A stretch of 64,000 bases of DNA from Nitrospirota bacterium (GCA_963751455.1 CAVVUN010000015.1:704001-768000), one strand, 5' to 3'; positions 52,168-63,549 are shown, numbered from the stretch's first letter. A program made the numbers and translations. The notes: a model not told the origin generated them from the sequence alone.

Positions 52168-52800
52168 ATGTCATTCAATACAAAAACCTCGGTAAAGCTG
52201 ACCGGTCTTACGCCGCGGCAGATAGACTACTGGGACCGGACTCATTTCATCAAGCCTTCGGTCAAAGAGGCTTCCGGCTACGGAACAGGCAGGCTGTATT
52301 CCTTCGAAGACATCGTGCAACTCAAGGTCGCCAAAACGCTGATCGACAAAGGGCTGTCGCTCCAGAAGATACGGAAGGCAATCACGTACCTCAAAAAGAA
52401 CTTTCCGGACATAAAAAAGCCGTTTGCGGAGATGCGGTTTCTGACGGACGGCGAGACTATCTTCGTGCTGTCCGACAAGAAGGAAAAGATCCTCGATGCC
52501 CTGGCGAGGGGGCAGATGGTCTTTGCCCTGGCCATCGGCGAACTGATCGAGGAACTCAAGGGCGAAGTGACGAAGATCAGCCAGGACCGGAAATACAAAG
52601 TCCCGGTGAACAGAAAAACATACCAAGTCATTCTTCATCCGGATACCGAGGACGGCGGCTTCTGGGTCGAGTGTCCGGCGCTCCCCGGCTGCTCGTCCCA
52701 GGGAGATACCGTTGAAGAAGCCCTGGCCATGATCAAAGATGCCATCAAAGGGCACCTGGAGGTGGAAGCGGAACGGAAGAAAAAGAAGGCGGTCGCGTAG
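52168..52800 (+). CDS. MerR-type HTH fused to a HicB antitoxin domain
   Basis: LTPRQIDYWD..RLYSFEDI; C-terminal DGGFWVECPALPGCSSQGDTVEEA. Confidence 0.88.
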   Translation: MSFNTKTSVKLTGLTPRQIDYWDRTHFIKPSVKEASGYGTGRLYSFEDIVQLKVAKTLIDKGLSLQKIRKAITYLKKNFPDIKKPFAEMRFLTDGETIFVLSDKKEKILDALARGQMVFALAIGELIEELKGEVTKISQDRKYKVPVNRKTYQVILHPDTEDGGFWVECPALPGCSSQGDTVEEALAMIKDAIKGHLEVEAERKKKKAVA

Positions 52801-53031
52801 GTGTCCGGTCTGCATAATTTAAAGCCTGAGCGCGTGGCCAAGGCATTTGAGCGGGCAGGATGGACCAATGATGGCCGGCGCGGAAGCCATGTAAAACTGA
52901 CCAGGGAAGGAAATGCTCATATTCTTTCAATCCCGGTGCATAAGGGGAAGCCGGTAAAGAAGGGGTTGCTGATCGACCAGATAAAGAAAGCGGGCTTAAC
53001 AGTCGAAGAATTTTTAAAGCTTTACAAATAG
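52801..53031 (+). CDS. HicA toxin
   Basis: GSHVKL..SIPVH..IKKAGL. Confidence 0.88.
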   Translation: MSGLHNLKPERVAKAFERAGWTNDGRRGSHVKLTREGNAHILSIPVHKGKPVKKGLLIDQIKKAGLTVEEFLKLYK

Positions 53032-53127
53032 GGGATAACAATAAAGTCATAATTAGAAATAATGTCCCGCAAGTTGCCCGCCACGCAACGGGATGCAATG
53101 ACGTTTCCCTTGTTTCTTTTGACATTG

Positions 53128-54538
53128 TCAACAAATGAGATTTGACCCCATAGGGCATTGCTCGGTATTGTACCAAGGGAAAAAGACTTGGCAGAAACCT
53201 CGGCTGTCCTCGATGCAGCCGAACCGATCGGGGAAATCCGGCCGGTACTTGAGCGTCTTGAATTGTGACTCGGAAAACGGATTATCATCGCTCGTATACG
53301 GCCTGCTGTGAGTCTTCGTGACCCCCAGATCAGCCATGAGCAAGGCAACCGGCTTGGACCTCATGGAAGAGCCGCGGTCCGCGTGAATCGTGAGCTGTCC
53401 TTTTTCGATATTCTGCTTTGCGCAGGTTTCCTTGATAAGCCTTTCCGCCAATGAAGCCGATTCAGCAGGGGCGATCATCCAGCCGACGACGTAGCGGCTG
53501 AAGATGTCCATGATCACGTAGAGGTAAAAATAGGTCCATTTTGCCGGGCCTAAAAGCTTCGTAATGTCCCAGGACCAGACTTGGTTCGGTGCCGTGGCCA
53601 AAAGTTCCGGCTTCTGATACACGGGATGGGTGAGCTGGTTCCTGCGCTCCTTGACCTCCTGGTTTTCGTCGAGGATGCGGTACATGGTGCTTATAGAGCA
53701 GTGATATTCCCCTTCATCCAGAAGGGTTGCATAGACCTCTTGGGGTGCCTTGTCGGTGAAACGGTCGGCATGGAGAATATCGAGTACTCCTTGCCGTTCG
53801 TCTGAAGAGAGTGCACGAGGAGGTCTCGGACGTTTTCTGCGCTCCAGGAGAGGCGCATTTTTTCGTGCCTGCGTCCGGTAGAACCCTGAACGAGGCACAT
53901 CGAGCGATGCACATGCTGATTTGATCCCGATATCACAGGAAAGAGTAAGAGCGGCTTCCATTATTCGCTCTCTCCTTTCACCGGGGTCGCAGGCGGGATC
54001 CCCAGAATCTGTGATATTTTTTTTTGAACGTCGATGATAATTTCGGCCTGCCTGAGACGATTGGTAAGCCGTTCATTCTCTTTGCGGAGCTTTTCGTTCT
54101 CTACATGGAGAGGATGGCGGACTGATTCCTTACGCCCTCGCTTCTTGGGCGCGAGGCCGGATAGTACGCCGCGGTCGCGCTGACCTTGCCAGGTTTTGAG
54201 ATTCGATGCATAGAGCCCTTCTCGGCGCAGGAGCGTACCAAGGCACCCCGGCTCATCGCAGGCATCGGCAAGCGTAAGGACTCGAAGCTTGTATTCAGCT
54301 GTAAAACGTCGCCGCACGGCTTTGGCCGGAACCTCGGGGTCCGGCAGGACCGAAGCCATACCTTGATGAGAATTGACTTCTTGCTGGGGCTCGTCCCAGG
54401 GAACCTCAGTCGCCCTACGGGCCCCTTCGTTTCCCTGGGTTGCTTTGATCTTTGTTGCTATCATAAGGTTATTTCCTCCCCCGCCCGCTACTCTAATTTA
54501 CCATAGGGGAGGTGTCTCAGTCATATTGACACAGAGGG
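53128..54538 (-). mobile_element. IS3-family element, 3'-truncated (orfA 53961-54464, orfB 53128-53961)
   Basis: Homologous to 36913-38511; same right end ggtgtctca..ttgacacagaggg. Confidence 0.88.
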
Positions 54539-54539
54539 T

Positions 54540-54998
54540 GTGCGAGCAGGCGAAATAGGCACAGAAGAGTTTCAGCGTAAACAAAGAGAATTCCTCGATT
54601 TTTACGCCGAGTCACGAGGTCGTCGTAAGGGTCAGAGGTCAGGCCAGATAGACTATCTTTCGAGACATGGCGAAGTCGTCGACGCATTGCGTGCTTGGCG
54701 AAACTTAAGCCCCATTCCGAAAGGCGGTCGCTTGGTCAAGAACGTTTTTATTGATCTTGGCGTTGCAGTAGGTCGTGATCTGGTCGAGGTGTTTGAAATA
54801 AAAACAAGCGCTGCACGATCCGATATCTATGGTGCATTAGGCCAGCTAATGGTGCATGGAACGGCGGCAGTTTCTAAAAAAGTAATCGTCCTGCCGCATG
54901 ATGAATCCATTGCTTCAGATTTAATGTTCGCGCTTCATCGCCTTGGCATTGAGCTCCTGCATTTTAAACTGGACGAAGAAAAAGCTGTTATTGTTTGA
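54540..54998 (+). pseudogene. C-terminal PD-(D/E)xK nuclease-like fragment cut by IS3
   Basis: IDL..VFEIKT..YGALGQL; frame begins at the IS edge. Confidence 0.55.
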
Positions 54999-55259
54999 TG
55001 CTATTGCGGTATTTTCACGTCGATACTTAGGCTTTGATCGTTTTAACGTTATCACTGAATTAAAAATATAACGGCTCGACTATTACTACAGGGAGATTTT
55101 TTCGTTAAGGCTCGAAAAAATGTAAAGAACGACCCTCTACAGTAACCTCACATGTAGTCGGATGCAAAGATTCCGATGGCCGTTTTCTTTATAGCCGGCA
55201 AGTTCAATTTTGTAAAAAAAGCTTTACAAATATTTTTTTTTCACTATGCTACTATACAA

Positions 55260-55886
55260 ATGTCTAGTAATAACATACTTACCCCCAAACAAACGCGAAT
55301 TTATCAATATATTCAAAAATGCAGACGCGAGAGTAACACTGCGCCAACATATAGAGAAATTGCAGAAGAATTCGGATTCAAAAGCCCGAAGGCGGCTGAA
55401 GATCACGTTAGTGCTCTAGAAAAAAAGGGCTATGTACGTCGTCGCTGTGGGCGCTCTCGTGGCATTGAATTACTCATTCACGAAATCCCAAATTCCAATA
55501 CTGTTACCATACCAATTCTAGGCAACATTCAAGCAGGACCACCACAGTATCAAGTAGAAAATTTGTCCGGGACACTTGCTATAGACGAGGCAATAATTGG
55601 AAAAGTCAAGGGACACAGATTATTTGCCTTAAGAGTCAACGGCGATTCTATGGATGGACGTAGCATCCATGATGGTGATTGGGTTGTTGCAGACGTCGAT
55701 GCTATGCCGCATGAAGGAGACGTAGTCGTAGCCTTGATCGACGGCCAAAACACGCTGAAGACTCTTATCAAGCGAAAAGGTGGATATTTACTAAAGGCGG
55801 AAAACGCGAAGTATTCAGATTTGATTCCTTCAAAAGAAATGAGGATACAAGGCGTCGTGAAAGTGCTTTACAGGCGCGTGAGTTAA
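55260..55886 (+). CDS. lexA: LexA-family repressor (S24 autopeptidase)
   Basis: LTPKQ..PTYREIA..LEKKGY..RGI; QAG cleavage site; GDSM Ser; TLK Lys. Confidence 0.9.
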   Translation: MSSNNILTPKQTRIYQYIQKCRRESNTAPTYREIAEEFGFKSPKAAEDHVSALEKKGYVRRRCGRSRGIELLIHEIPNSNTVTIPILGNIQAGPPQYQVENLSGTLAIDEAIIGKVKGHRLFALRVNGDSMDGRSIHDGDWVVADVDAMPHEGDVVVALIDGQNTLKTLIKRKGGYLLKAENAKYSDLIPSKEMRIQGVVKVLYRRVS

Positions 55887-55890
55887 TCAA

Positions 55891-58800
55891 ATGACAAAGA
55901 CTTCAGAACTTGTACAAGCCCATATTTCGTCTACAGCCGGGATGGTTTTTTATTCTTCGCTTGAAGCGGCCCAAACCAGTGTTAGCTTGTTGGGCTATAT
56001 ATCGGTTATCAATCGTGCTTGGGAGGAAATGAATCTTAGTGGTGTGCTCTGCTTAGATGGTCGTCCAATACTTTATCTTAAAGAATTTAACCGCCAATTC
56101 GCTCCAACAGAACGGATCCAAATTCAAAGACTGTTCTGGAATCAGGGAGTAGCAAATATCCTTGTCTTGGCTGATCCTACCGCTGTTTACATATATTCCG
56201 GGCTCGCAAAACCGCCGAAGGATGCCACAGTAAAAGATGAAGAATCTGTGCTGATCGAAACATTGACACGAGTGAATTATGTTCAGCGAATTCAATCTTT
56301 TTATCACAACCTTGCGACGGGCAACTATTACGAGGCAAAAAGCAAGTATTTCGACCCTAACCAGTCTGTAGATTCCTGGCTTCTAGATAATCTTCGCGCT
56401 TTACGAAATGCATTAATTACGGGCAACGAAAAACTGGAAGTGAAACATGCTCACGCCTTTATTGGTCGAGTTCTTTTTCTTTGTTACCTTCTTGACCGCG
56501 GGATAGTACCGCTCGTTGAAGCTGATATAAAACGTACCGGGACGATGGTTCTGGCCGATATATTAGAGGGGCTTGGCACACACAAGTCTAAAATAAATTA
56601 TCTTTACGATGAGCTTTTTTCGGATTTAAAGATACGGTTCAATGGAAATATGTTCGACCAGGATCTGGCATCAGAAAAACTCCTTATACGTCGACATCAC
56701 CTCGATACGCTAACGCAATTTCTTGGAGGACATAACGTAGCGACTGGGCAGCGTACATTGGGTTTTTGGGCTTATGACTTCAAGATGATTCCTGTTGAAA
56801 CAATCAGCGCCATTTATCAAGACTTTCTGGCAACTGAGGACCGTGTAAATCAGCAGAAGCGCGGCGCTTTCTATACGCCACGATTCTTGGCGGAGATGGT
56901 TGTCGACATAGCGCTTAGCGACGAACGGAATGCTCTTGATTGGAGATTTTTAGATCCGTCATGCGGATCAGGCATTTTTTTAGTTATTCTATTTAATCGT
57001 CTGGCAAATAATTGGATATACTCTCAATCTGGCACAATTCATTATGCAAGAAAAGCAAAAGCACTTCAAGAGATTCTGGCAAGGCAGATTCGGGGCGTAG
57101 ACGTCGAGGAAACAGCTTGCAGAATAGCCTGTTTCAGTCTTTACTTAGCGTACTTAGATTTCTTTAACCCACCAGATATCCAAAGTTACATAGAAAAAAC
57201 CGGAAAACCATTGCCTAGCCTCCTTAATTATGGAGATGAACCAAAACGACCAAAAGCAGTAATTCCTGTTATACACAAAGCTGATTTTCTCGATCAAAAA
57301 ACCTTGTCGGATGAGGCCTTCGATTGCATTATTGGAAATCCTCCTTGGGAAGGCAGACAAAGCAAGCAGCTTGCCCTTAGGTTCATTAAAGAAGCACCAC
57401 GTTTGCTTAAATATAAAGGGATAGGATGCCTTCTTCTGCCGTCCAAGATTCTTCAGAACCAAACTGATGCTTTTCAGGCTGACTGGCTTCAGCGAGTCTC
57501 ATTGGAAAAGATTTTTCAGCTTGCTGATTACCGGTTTCTTTTATTTCAAAATGCCTTGAGCCCTGCGATCATTGCACGTTTTAGAAATGAACGTCCGAAT
57601 GTGCGCCAACACCAACTTGAGTTTGCAGCGCCGAAATTCAACAGAGATGGGTTGCGCCAAGGTATCATTTCCATTAGTCCTTCCGCACGCACGTGGATAC
57701 CACTCGGTGATATTCTTGCCGCTACGAAAACAAAAACTGCACCTATTGTTTGGAAGCGGCATCTTTGGGGTTCATCCCGAGACCAAAAATTGCTTACCCT
57801 TTTATTGTCTTTGCCAAAACTTTCGGATCTAGCTGGCACGCCTGACGAAAAAAAGAGATGGATAAAAGGAATCGGATTTCAACCGTACTATCCCGAAAAA
57901 GCTGAAAAGTCTTCCACCTATCCTAAGCCATTACGGAATCCTTGGCCGTCTTCTACACCTTTTACTGAAGCAGGGCAACACCTTCAGTTACTCGTATTCC
58001 CATCAGATTGTAGAACTCTAAAGGAACGACTACAGAAAATCGGCGCGTCAACGGAACATTTACGGCGTGTTCCAAACAAAAAATTATTCAAACAGCCTTT
58101 GGTTTTAATCAGCAAAGGGTTCGGCAAAGTGGCATATTGCGATATTGACATCGTATTTGAGGATGCCTTGCGATCTATTTCTGGACCAGAATCTGACTCG
58201 CATCTTCTCATATTTCTTGCTGCGTATTTAAGGTCGCACCTAGCGTCGTACTTCTTGTTCCATACTTCTGCAAATTGGGGGAGCGAGAGAGATCAGGTCC
58301 ATCTCGGCGAACTGCTAAGAGTTCCCTTTCCCTTGCCCGATGCTGATACAGTTTCTCCCGATGCGAAACAAATTGTGAAGCAAGTCGTTAAAATTGTCGA
58401 AAAGCTGAGGGATAATTTAAATGACAAGTTAAACAATATTAGTAGACACCGCATATCGAGTATTGCTCCATTGCCGACCGATAGGGAATGGCTGGAAGAG
58501 CGAAGGCGGCAAGTTGACGCTGCTCAAAGCGAGATAGAGCCATTGATGTACAAATATTTTGGATTAACGGAACAGGAAATGATGCTTGTAGAAGATACAA
58601 TTCAGATTTTCGAACCAAGCTCTACTCCCACGACATGGCTATCTCCTAATTTAGTAACGCTGGAAAATGTAGAGCGCACGAAAGTCAAAGATTATGTTGG
58701 TTACGGTTTAAAAACATATGCCGACACGATCGCTTCAACTTTAAACTCATGGGCAAAGGCCGAGAAATCTTCGCATCGTGTGACTGCAGACAGCTCAACA

Positions 58801-59100
58801 GACAAGGATACTGGGTTAGGTATGGTTACGATAAGACTGTCAAATCATAAAACAAATTATTATCAAAAAATTCCTTCCAGGCGACTCGCTACTGTCTTAA
58901 AGCAATTCTATAGAGATAGTGTTAAAAAACAAGGAAACCTCGTTTACGAGCGTGACGTTTTCTTTTCCCATCGAAACCTGATCTATTATATTGTTCGCAC
59001 GAATATCCTTATGAATTGGACGCGAACAGCCGCACTTAATGATGCAGCAAGGATATACGGTGAAATTGCCTTGGCAGGAAGAGGCGTTAATGAAAAATGA
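55891..59100 (+). CDS. N6-adenine DNA methyltransferase (type IIG/HsdM-like, gamma class) with TRD
   Basis: GAFYTP, LDPSCGSGIF, IGNPPW. Confidence 0.9.
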   Translation: MTKTSELVQAHISSTAGMVFYSSLEAAQTSVSLLGYISVINRAWEEMNLSGVLCLDGRPILYLKEFNRQFAPTERIQIQRLFWNQGVANILVLADPTAVYIYSGLAKPPKDATVKDEESVLIETLTRVNYVQRIQSFYHNLATGNYYEAKSKYFDPNQSVDSWLLDNLRALRNALITGNEKLEVKHAHAFIGRVLFLCYLLDRGIVPLVEADIKRTGTMVLADILEGLGTHKSKINYLYDELFSDLKIRFNGNMFDQDLASEKLLIRRHHLDTLTQFLGGHNVATGQRTLGFWAYDFKMIPVETISAIYQDFLATEDRVNQQKRGAFYTPRFLAEMVVDIALSDERNALDWRFLDPSCGSGIFLVILFNRLANNWIYSQSGTIHYARKAKALQEILARQIRGVDVEETACRIACFSLYLAYLDFFNPPDIQSYIEKTGKPLPSLLNYGDEPKRPKAVIPVIHKADFLDQKTLSDEAFDCIIGNPPWEGRQSKQLALRFIKEAPRLLKYKGIGCLLLPSKILQNQTDAFQADWLQRVSLEKIFQLADYRFLLFQNALSPAIIARFRNERPNVRQHQLEFAAPKFNRDGLRQGIISISPSARTWIPLGDILAATKTKTAPIVWKRHLWGSSRDQKLLTLLLSLPKLSDLAGTPDEKKRWIKGIGFQPYYPEKAEKSSTYPKPLRNPWPSSTPFTEAGQHLQLLVFPSDCRTLKERLQKIGASTEHLRRVPNKKLFKQPLVLISKGFGKVAYCDIDIVFEDALRSISGPESDSHLLIFLAAYLRSHLASYFLFHTSANWGSERDQVHLGELLRVPFPLPDADTVSPDAKQIVKQVVKIVEKLRDNLNDKLNNISRHRISSIAPLPTDREWLEERRRQVDAAQSEIEPLMYKYFGLTEQEMMLVEDTIQIFEPSSTPTTWLSPNLVTLENVERTKVKDYVGYGLKTYADTIASTLNSWAKAEKSSHRVTADSSTDKDTGLGMVTIRLSNHKTNYYQKIPSRRLATVLKQFYRDSVKKQGNLVYERDVFFSHRNLIYYIVRTNILMNWTRTAALNDAARIYGEIALAGRGVNEK

Positions 59101-59728
59101 TGCCAAGGATCTAAAAAAACTCTTCCCCCGAGGACAAATACCAATTATTTTGTCATCCATTCTGGAAGCAGGTAGAAGTCTCAAAAAACGAAAAGAACGA
59201 GATAGAGAAGACTGGATAACTCGACGATTGGTAGCGAGATTAGCAAGGATTCCTGTTTTCCGAGATGGGCCAATGCTGGACGTTCGCTGTCAGCCTGAAA
59301 TTCTCTCCGCTGATCCGGACTCAAACTATCCTGCCGGCAGAATAGACATTTTGATATCGTGTGGACGGGGAGTGGAAGTTTATTTCGCAATTGAAGCAAA
59401 AAGATTGCGAGTGCGTTCATCTAGCGGCAGATTAGTTTTGGCCAATAAAGGATACGTAGTGGCTGGCATGATGCGTTTTGTTACAGGTCAGTATGCTCCG
59501 TACATGCGAGCTGGCGCGATGCTCTCTTATGTGTATGACGGGAAGACAGACAATGCGCGTACTGATGTCGATAATATCGTGCAAAGCAGTGAGTTGGAAC
59601 TCAAACTCGAACCGCCAAAGCATTTGAAGCAATCAAACATTCTTTCTGATGGTTCCGTCAGTGAGACTCATCACAAATTGAGCCAGGATCGTTCTTTTAT
59701 TATTTATCATCTTTTCTTAAGCATTTAG
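59090..59728 (+). CDS. PD-(D/E)xK endonuclease-like protein
   Basis: EDWIT..GRIDI..IEAKRL..GMMRFVTGQY; overlaps the MTase stop. Confidence 0.7.
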   Translation: MKNDAKDLKKLFPRGQIPIILSSILEAGRSLKKRKERDREDWITRRLVARLARIPVFRDGPMLDVRCQPEILSADPDSNYPAGRIDILISCGRGVEVYFAIEAKRLRVRSSSGRLVLANKGYVVAGMMRFVTGQYAPYMRAGAMLSYVYDGKTDNARTDVDNIVQSSELELKLEPPKHLKQSNILSDGSVSETHHKLSQDRSFIIYHLFLSI

Positions 59729-59972
59729 ACGTGAAGAGCAAGGTTCATCCCTATCTACCAGGTTGATTCAGCCTATCCCCTCAAGTCCTCATGCCGCCGA
59801 AAATCAAAACACATTGGATTTGCTTTTGCAGTGATGTATGGCTATCCTTATTCCCACTTTCGACCTACCCTGCGGACGTAAGCCCGCCATGGAATTAACC
59901 CCACCGTGGAGAGGTGATAGAATTTAAATGTAAGGAAGAATTGTTGAATATTAAGTTCACTTGTACGCCGGT

Positions 59973-60428
59973 AATGAACATGCCCTTAAAATACAAATCA
60001 ACGACTCGTACAAAAATTGTAACCAGTGATGAAATAAGCAATGAAGCGTTGTTGGCTTTCCTTAAAGTCATTCGAGATAACCAAGCGCTCTATATGCGCC
60101 ACCAATTATACTTTACTTCTTTACGGTTCGGCGTTTTTCATCGCACAGCACTCTGTCCCTGAAGCTTTCCTAAAAATCACATGTATAGTAATAGCTATTG
60201 CTGCAATGCTTGTAATTTTGGGACTTAAAAGTTCTATCAAAGAGCAACAATACATGGCGGAATATATTTATGAAAATATTGTAATAATACACGGTATTAT
60301 TGACCATGGTGTGAAAGAGTTAAGGGAACAGAATAAATTTTATCAAAGGTTAGAATTATAGGGGATATAACCTGGATATTTATTTCTATAATAATTGTTG
60401 GTCTTATTTTTGTAATTTGGGCTCTATA
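59973..60428 (+). pseudogene. Fragmented low-GC membrane protein
   Basis: Overlapping ORF pieces with TM segments. Confidence 0.4.
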
Positions 60429-60693
60429 AAGAGTGCAACTGCGGACAAAAAACTTTAACAATCAAGTCAGAGTTACAACCAGTATTTGATGCTTGCTTCG
60501 CCTGATCGAAATTGCACACTTGTAGGTGTAAACAGCAACTGGCAGTTCCATGTAACTGTGTCCCCGTCTCATCCTTACTTCCGTTTTACTCCCTCCCGCA
60601 TTAGTCTTATCTCTCTGTAAACAGAAACAGCGTTGATCCATGATATCCTGAAATAAAAAGATATACTTCTGCAAGGAGGAAAACGCTGTGACT

Positions 60694-61108
60694 GTGAAAA
60701 ATTACGATCTCGTTGTCATCGGCTCCGGATCGGCCGGTTCCCTGACAGCATACAGGTCAAGAGGACCTTTACCGATCCGGTGCCTCGTGAACGGGAAAAG
60801 GATTTTGTGGAAGATGGGATTGCGGCCTTCCACGCCCGGGTCCGGTTCCTTGATGGATCAACCCTAGCCGCGGGCGAGGACCTGCTCAAGGCCCGGCATT
60901 TCGTGATCGCGGCGGGCGCGAAACCCGTAGCGCTCGATATCCCCGGAGAAGAGTTCCTTACCACGAGCACTCAGTTCCTCGCACTCGAGGACCTGCCTAA
61001 TAAGATCGTGTTTGTAGGCGGCGGCTACATCGCCTTCGAATTCGCAAACATCGCGGCCAGGGACAAAACTTCCGAAACTTCCGGGACATCGCGGCCAGGG
61101 ACGTAGTG
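60694..61108 (+). pseudogene. Pyridine nucleotide-disulfide oxidoreductase remnant
   Basis: YDLVVIGSGSAG; VIAAGAKP; VGGGYIAFEFA; deleted and truncated. Confidence 0.75.
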
Positions 61109-61285
61109 ACTGAAATGGACTAAAAATTAATTATGCAGCCGCTCGTTACTTCTTCACATCTTTCAACCCGTAATTGCTATAGAGGATATTTCTATACGCA
61201 GCCCAGGCACTGCGGAACTGCCTCCCTTCTTGACACGCTTTACCATTTATGGTAAAAGTAAAGCAGGTAAAAGGGAGGTGTTTCC

Positions 61286-61507
61286 ATGCAGACTACGGTA
61301 CGGCTCAGCTCAAAAAACCAGATTGTTCTACCCCGGGAGGCCAGGGAGGCGATGCACCTCAAAGGACGCGATGAGCTCCTCGTCGTCGTGAAGAACGATG
61401 TTGCCATAATCATGCCGAAGCCGGAAAGTTATCGGGCTGCCCTGTCGGGCATGGGGAAGGGAATCTACCCGCAAGCCCATCTTGGGAAGGAACGCAGATC
61501 GTGGTAG
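61286..61507 (+). CDS. AbrB-type antitoxin (VapB-like)
   Basis: LSSKNQIVLPREAR. Confidence 0.88.
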   Translation: MQTTVRLSSKNQIVLPREAREAMHLKGRDELLVVVKNDVAIIMPKPESYRAALSGMGKGIYPQAHLGKERRSW

Positions 61508-61956
61508 AACCGCCCTCGCTGGAGGGGTTTCTGAAGAGACACCCTCTCGTATTCCTCGATACGAGCGCATTCATCTATTTTGTTGAAAATCATCCCCGCT
61601 ATTCGCCCTTCTGTGAAACCCTGTTCAGCCGCATTGAGTCCGGAAAGACACGTGCCGCGACATCGACACTCAGCTTGCTCGAAGTCCTGGTACAGCCTTA
61701 TCGGCAAAAGCATGACGATCTTGTCGCGAAATTCTACGCTTTACTGACAAGCTATCCTCATCTCACCTGGGTCCCCATGACACTGAATGTCGCCGACCAT
61801 GCCGCCAGGCTCCGTGCGGAACACCGGTTAAAGACACCTGATTCCATTCAGGCTGCCTCGGCAATTGCCTGCGGCGCGACCGGCTTTATCTGTAATGACA
61901 AGGTGTTTGAAAAAGTAAAAAAGTTTGCAAGTCTCGTTATCAACGACTACATCTGA
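61501..61956 (+). CDS. VapC PIN toxin
   Basis: FLDTSAFIY..LKTPDSIQAASA..ICND. Confidence 0.9.
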   Translation: MVEPPSLEGFLKRHPLVFLDTSAFIYFVENHPRYSPFCETLFSRIESGKTRAATSTLSLLEVLVQPYRQKHDDLVAKFYALLTSYPHLTWVPMTLNVADHAARLRAEHRLKTPDSIQAASAIACGATGFICNDKVFEKVKKFASLVINDYI

Positions 61957-62129
61957 CGCAGGCATTATTCCATACTGCCTCGCCTAATCCATCCCGCCCT
62001 CTTTCAAGGTATAGGCCTTCACATCGCAAAATCCTAAAACCGCGGCTGGCTACATAATGCATAGAACTCGTCAAAAAAATCACCAATGATATTCGGCCTG
62101 TTGAGGCCATTCATCCTAAAAACGGCATT

Positions 62130-62263
62130 TGAACACGGATGAACACGGAAACAGCGGATCAAAACAATGTGATAGAGCAAAAAGCCATCTCGCCTTTTGG
62201 GTGAATCCATTACTGTTCGTAACTTCCTATAAATCCGTGTTGATCAGATTTTATCCGTGTCCA
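62130..62263. repeat. Nonamer-periodic inverted repeat
   Basis: gaacacggatgaacacggaa ... atccgtgttg..atccgtgtcc. Confidence 0.6.
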
Positions 62264-62539
62264 ACTGCTTTTTTCAGGTTCATTGACAAGTTCTCTTTGT
62301 GCTTTATGTGCTTTTTGTGGCTGAACTGCTTTAGTCTGCTGGCGTCAAATACGCTGTATCAAATACGCTGTATCAAATACTACAGGGCATGGAGCAGTCG
62401 CTCCACAAGTCCAGTGGTGGCTTTTTTTATCGGCAAACAAGTTTCTGAATATGTTAAAAAAGTTACTAGGCCGCTGGTTGGCCTGCGTTTTGCTACAATT
62501 TGATATGAGTATAATCAAAGCATAGAGGGAGGTAATGCC

Positions 62540-62721
62540 ATGGATTGGCTCAGAGAAAATTTGTTCTTCCTCATATTTTTCATCCTTTTTATCGCCATGC
62601 ACCTGTTCGGCCACGGCATGCACGGAGGCCATGGCGGGCACGGGGAAGAAGATGAACAGCGGGGCATGGTGAAGGACAGGGCGGAAAAAAGGACAAGGAA
62701 GGAGGCCACGGATGCTGCTGA
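62540..62721 (+). pseudogene. DUF2933-like His-rich membrane peptide, frameshifted
   Basis: MHLFGHGMHGGHGGHG; the expected GGHGCC* ending is in another frame. Confidence 0.65.
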
Positions 62722-63098
62722 AAATGAAGGTGGTAAGCTGGTCATTGGGAATATTTTTTGCGATTTCTTTTATCCTCTGCGTTCTGTACGGGCTGGTCGT
62801 GCCTCCGAGACTTCACGGCATGTCGGCATTCCTGGAGGCGGTGCTTCCGGCTTTCAAATGGCTGACCTTCGGGGGATTTGTTCTCGGCCTCGTGGAGAGC
62901 TTTCTCTACGGAGTATATATCGGCATTGTATTCGTTCCGGTATATAATTTCATCAACAGAAGATGGGGATACGCGAGAGATGAAGTGAGGCGTATGATGC
63001 ATGGCAGAAAGAGTGGTACTCATATGCATACGGTTTTTGGAGCCTGGTATATTGTCAATATCACGGCATGTTCGCTATCTTTCTCCGGAGCTTTCTGA
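62712..63098 (+). CDS. DUF5676-like membrane protein
   Basis: FILCVLYGL..LPAFKWLT..GLVESFLYG..PVYN. Confidence 0.7.
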   Translation: MLLKMKVVSWSLGIFFAISFILCVLYGLVVPPRLHGMSAFLEAVLPAFKWLTFGGFVLGLVESFLYGVYIGIVFVPVYNFINRRWGYARDEVRRMMHGRKSGTHMHTVFGAWYIVNITACSLSFSGAF

Positions 63099-63549
63099 CC
63101 CCTGTGAAAGACGGAAAGTGGCGCTCCATGGGAGTGACGTCTTGCAAACTTCGTTGCCACGCGTGGAGATGTACTGCGGTTACCGCTCACGAATTTATCT
63201 GCCTTACAGAAGAAGTGGGGCCTGCGGCAGCAAGTATCCCGCAGTGATGACCGACGCAATGCTTGATCAGGCCCGCAGGCGAGTTGCGGACAACTGTGGC
63301 TCGAATGTGGAGTTCGGCGAGCGATGCCGCTGAATCAAATTCCGTCAAAGGTCGGCGGAATCATCCATCTTTCGCATACGGATCGTATCGTCGGGTTTGA
63401 TGATGATCCGGAACGGCTGTAAGGCCTGATCCACGGAGAAAAGGCGCGCTGGTGACTACCGGACCGTATGAAAATGTCGTCAACCGCAGTATTCAGGTCT
63501 CTTTCTGTGTAATGATCGGTATGCTGATCCAGTGGCCCACGATCATAAC

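Noticed and set aside
63180-63420. Possible ArsM-like methyltransferase fragment (MTDAMLDQARRR..NVEF)
   Set aside because: Too degraded to support a call.
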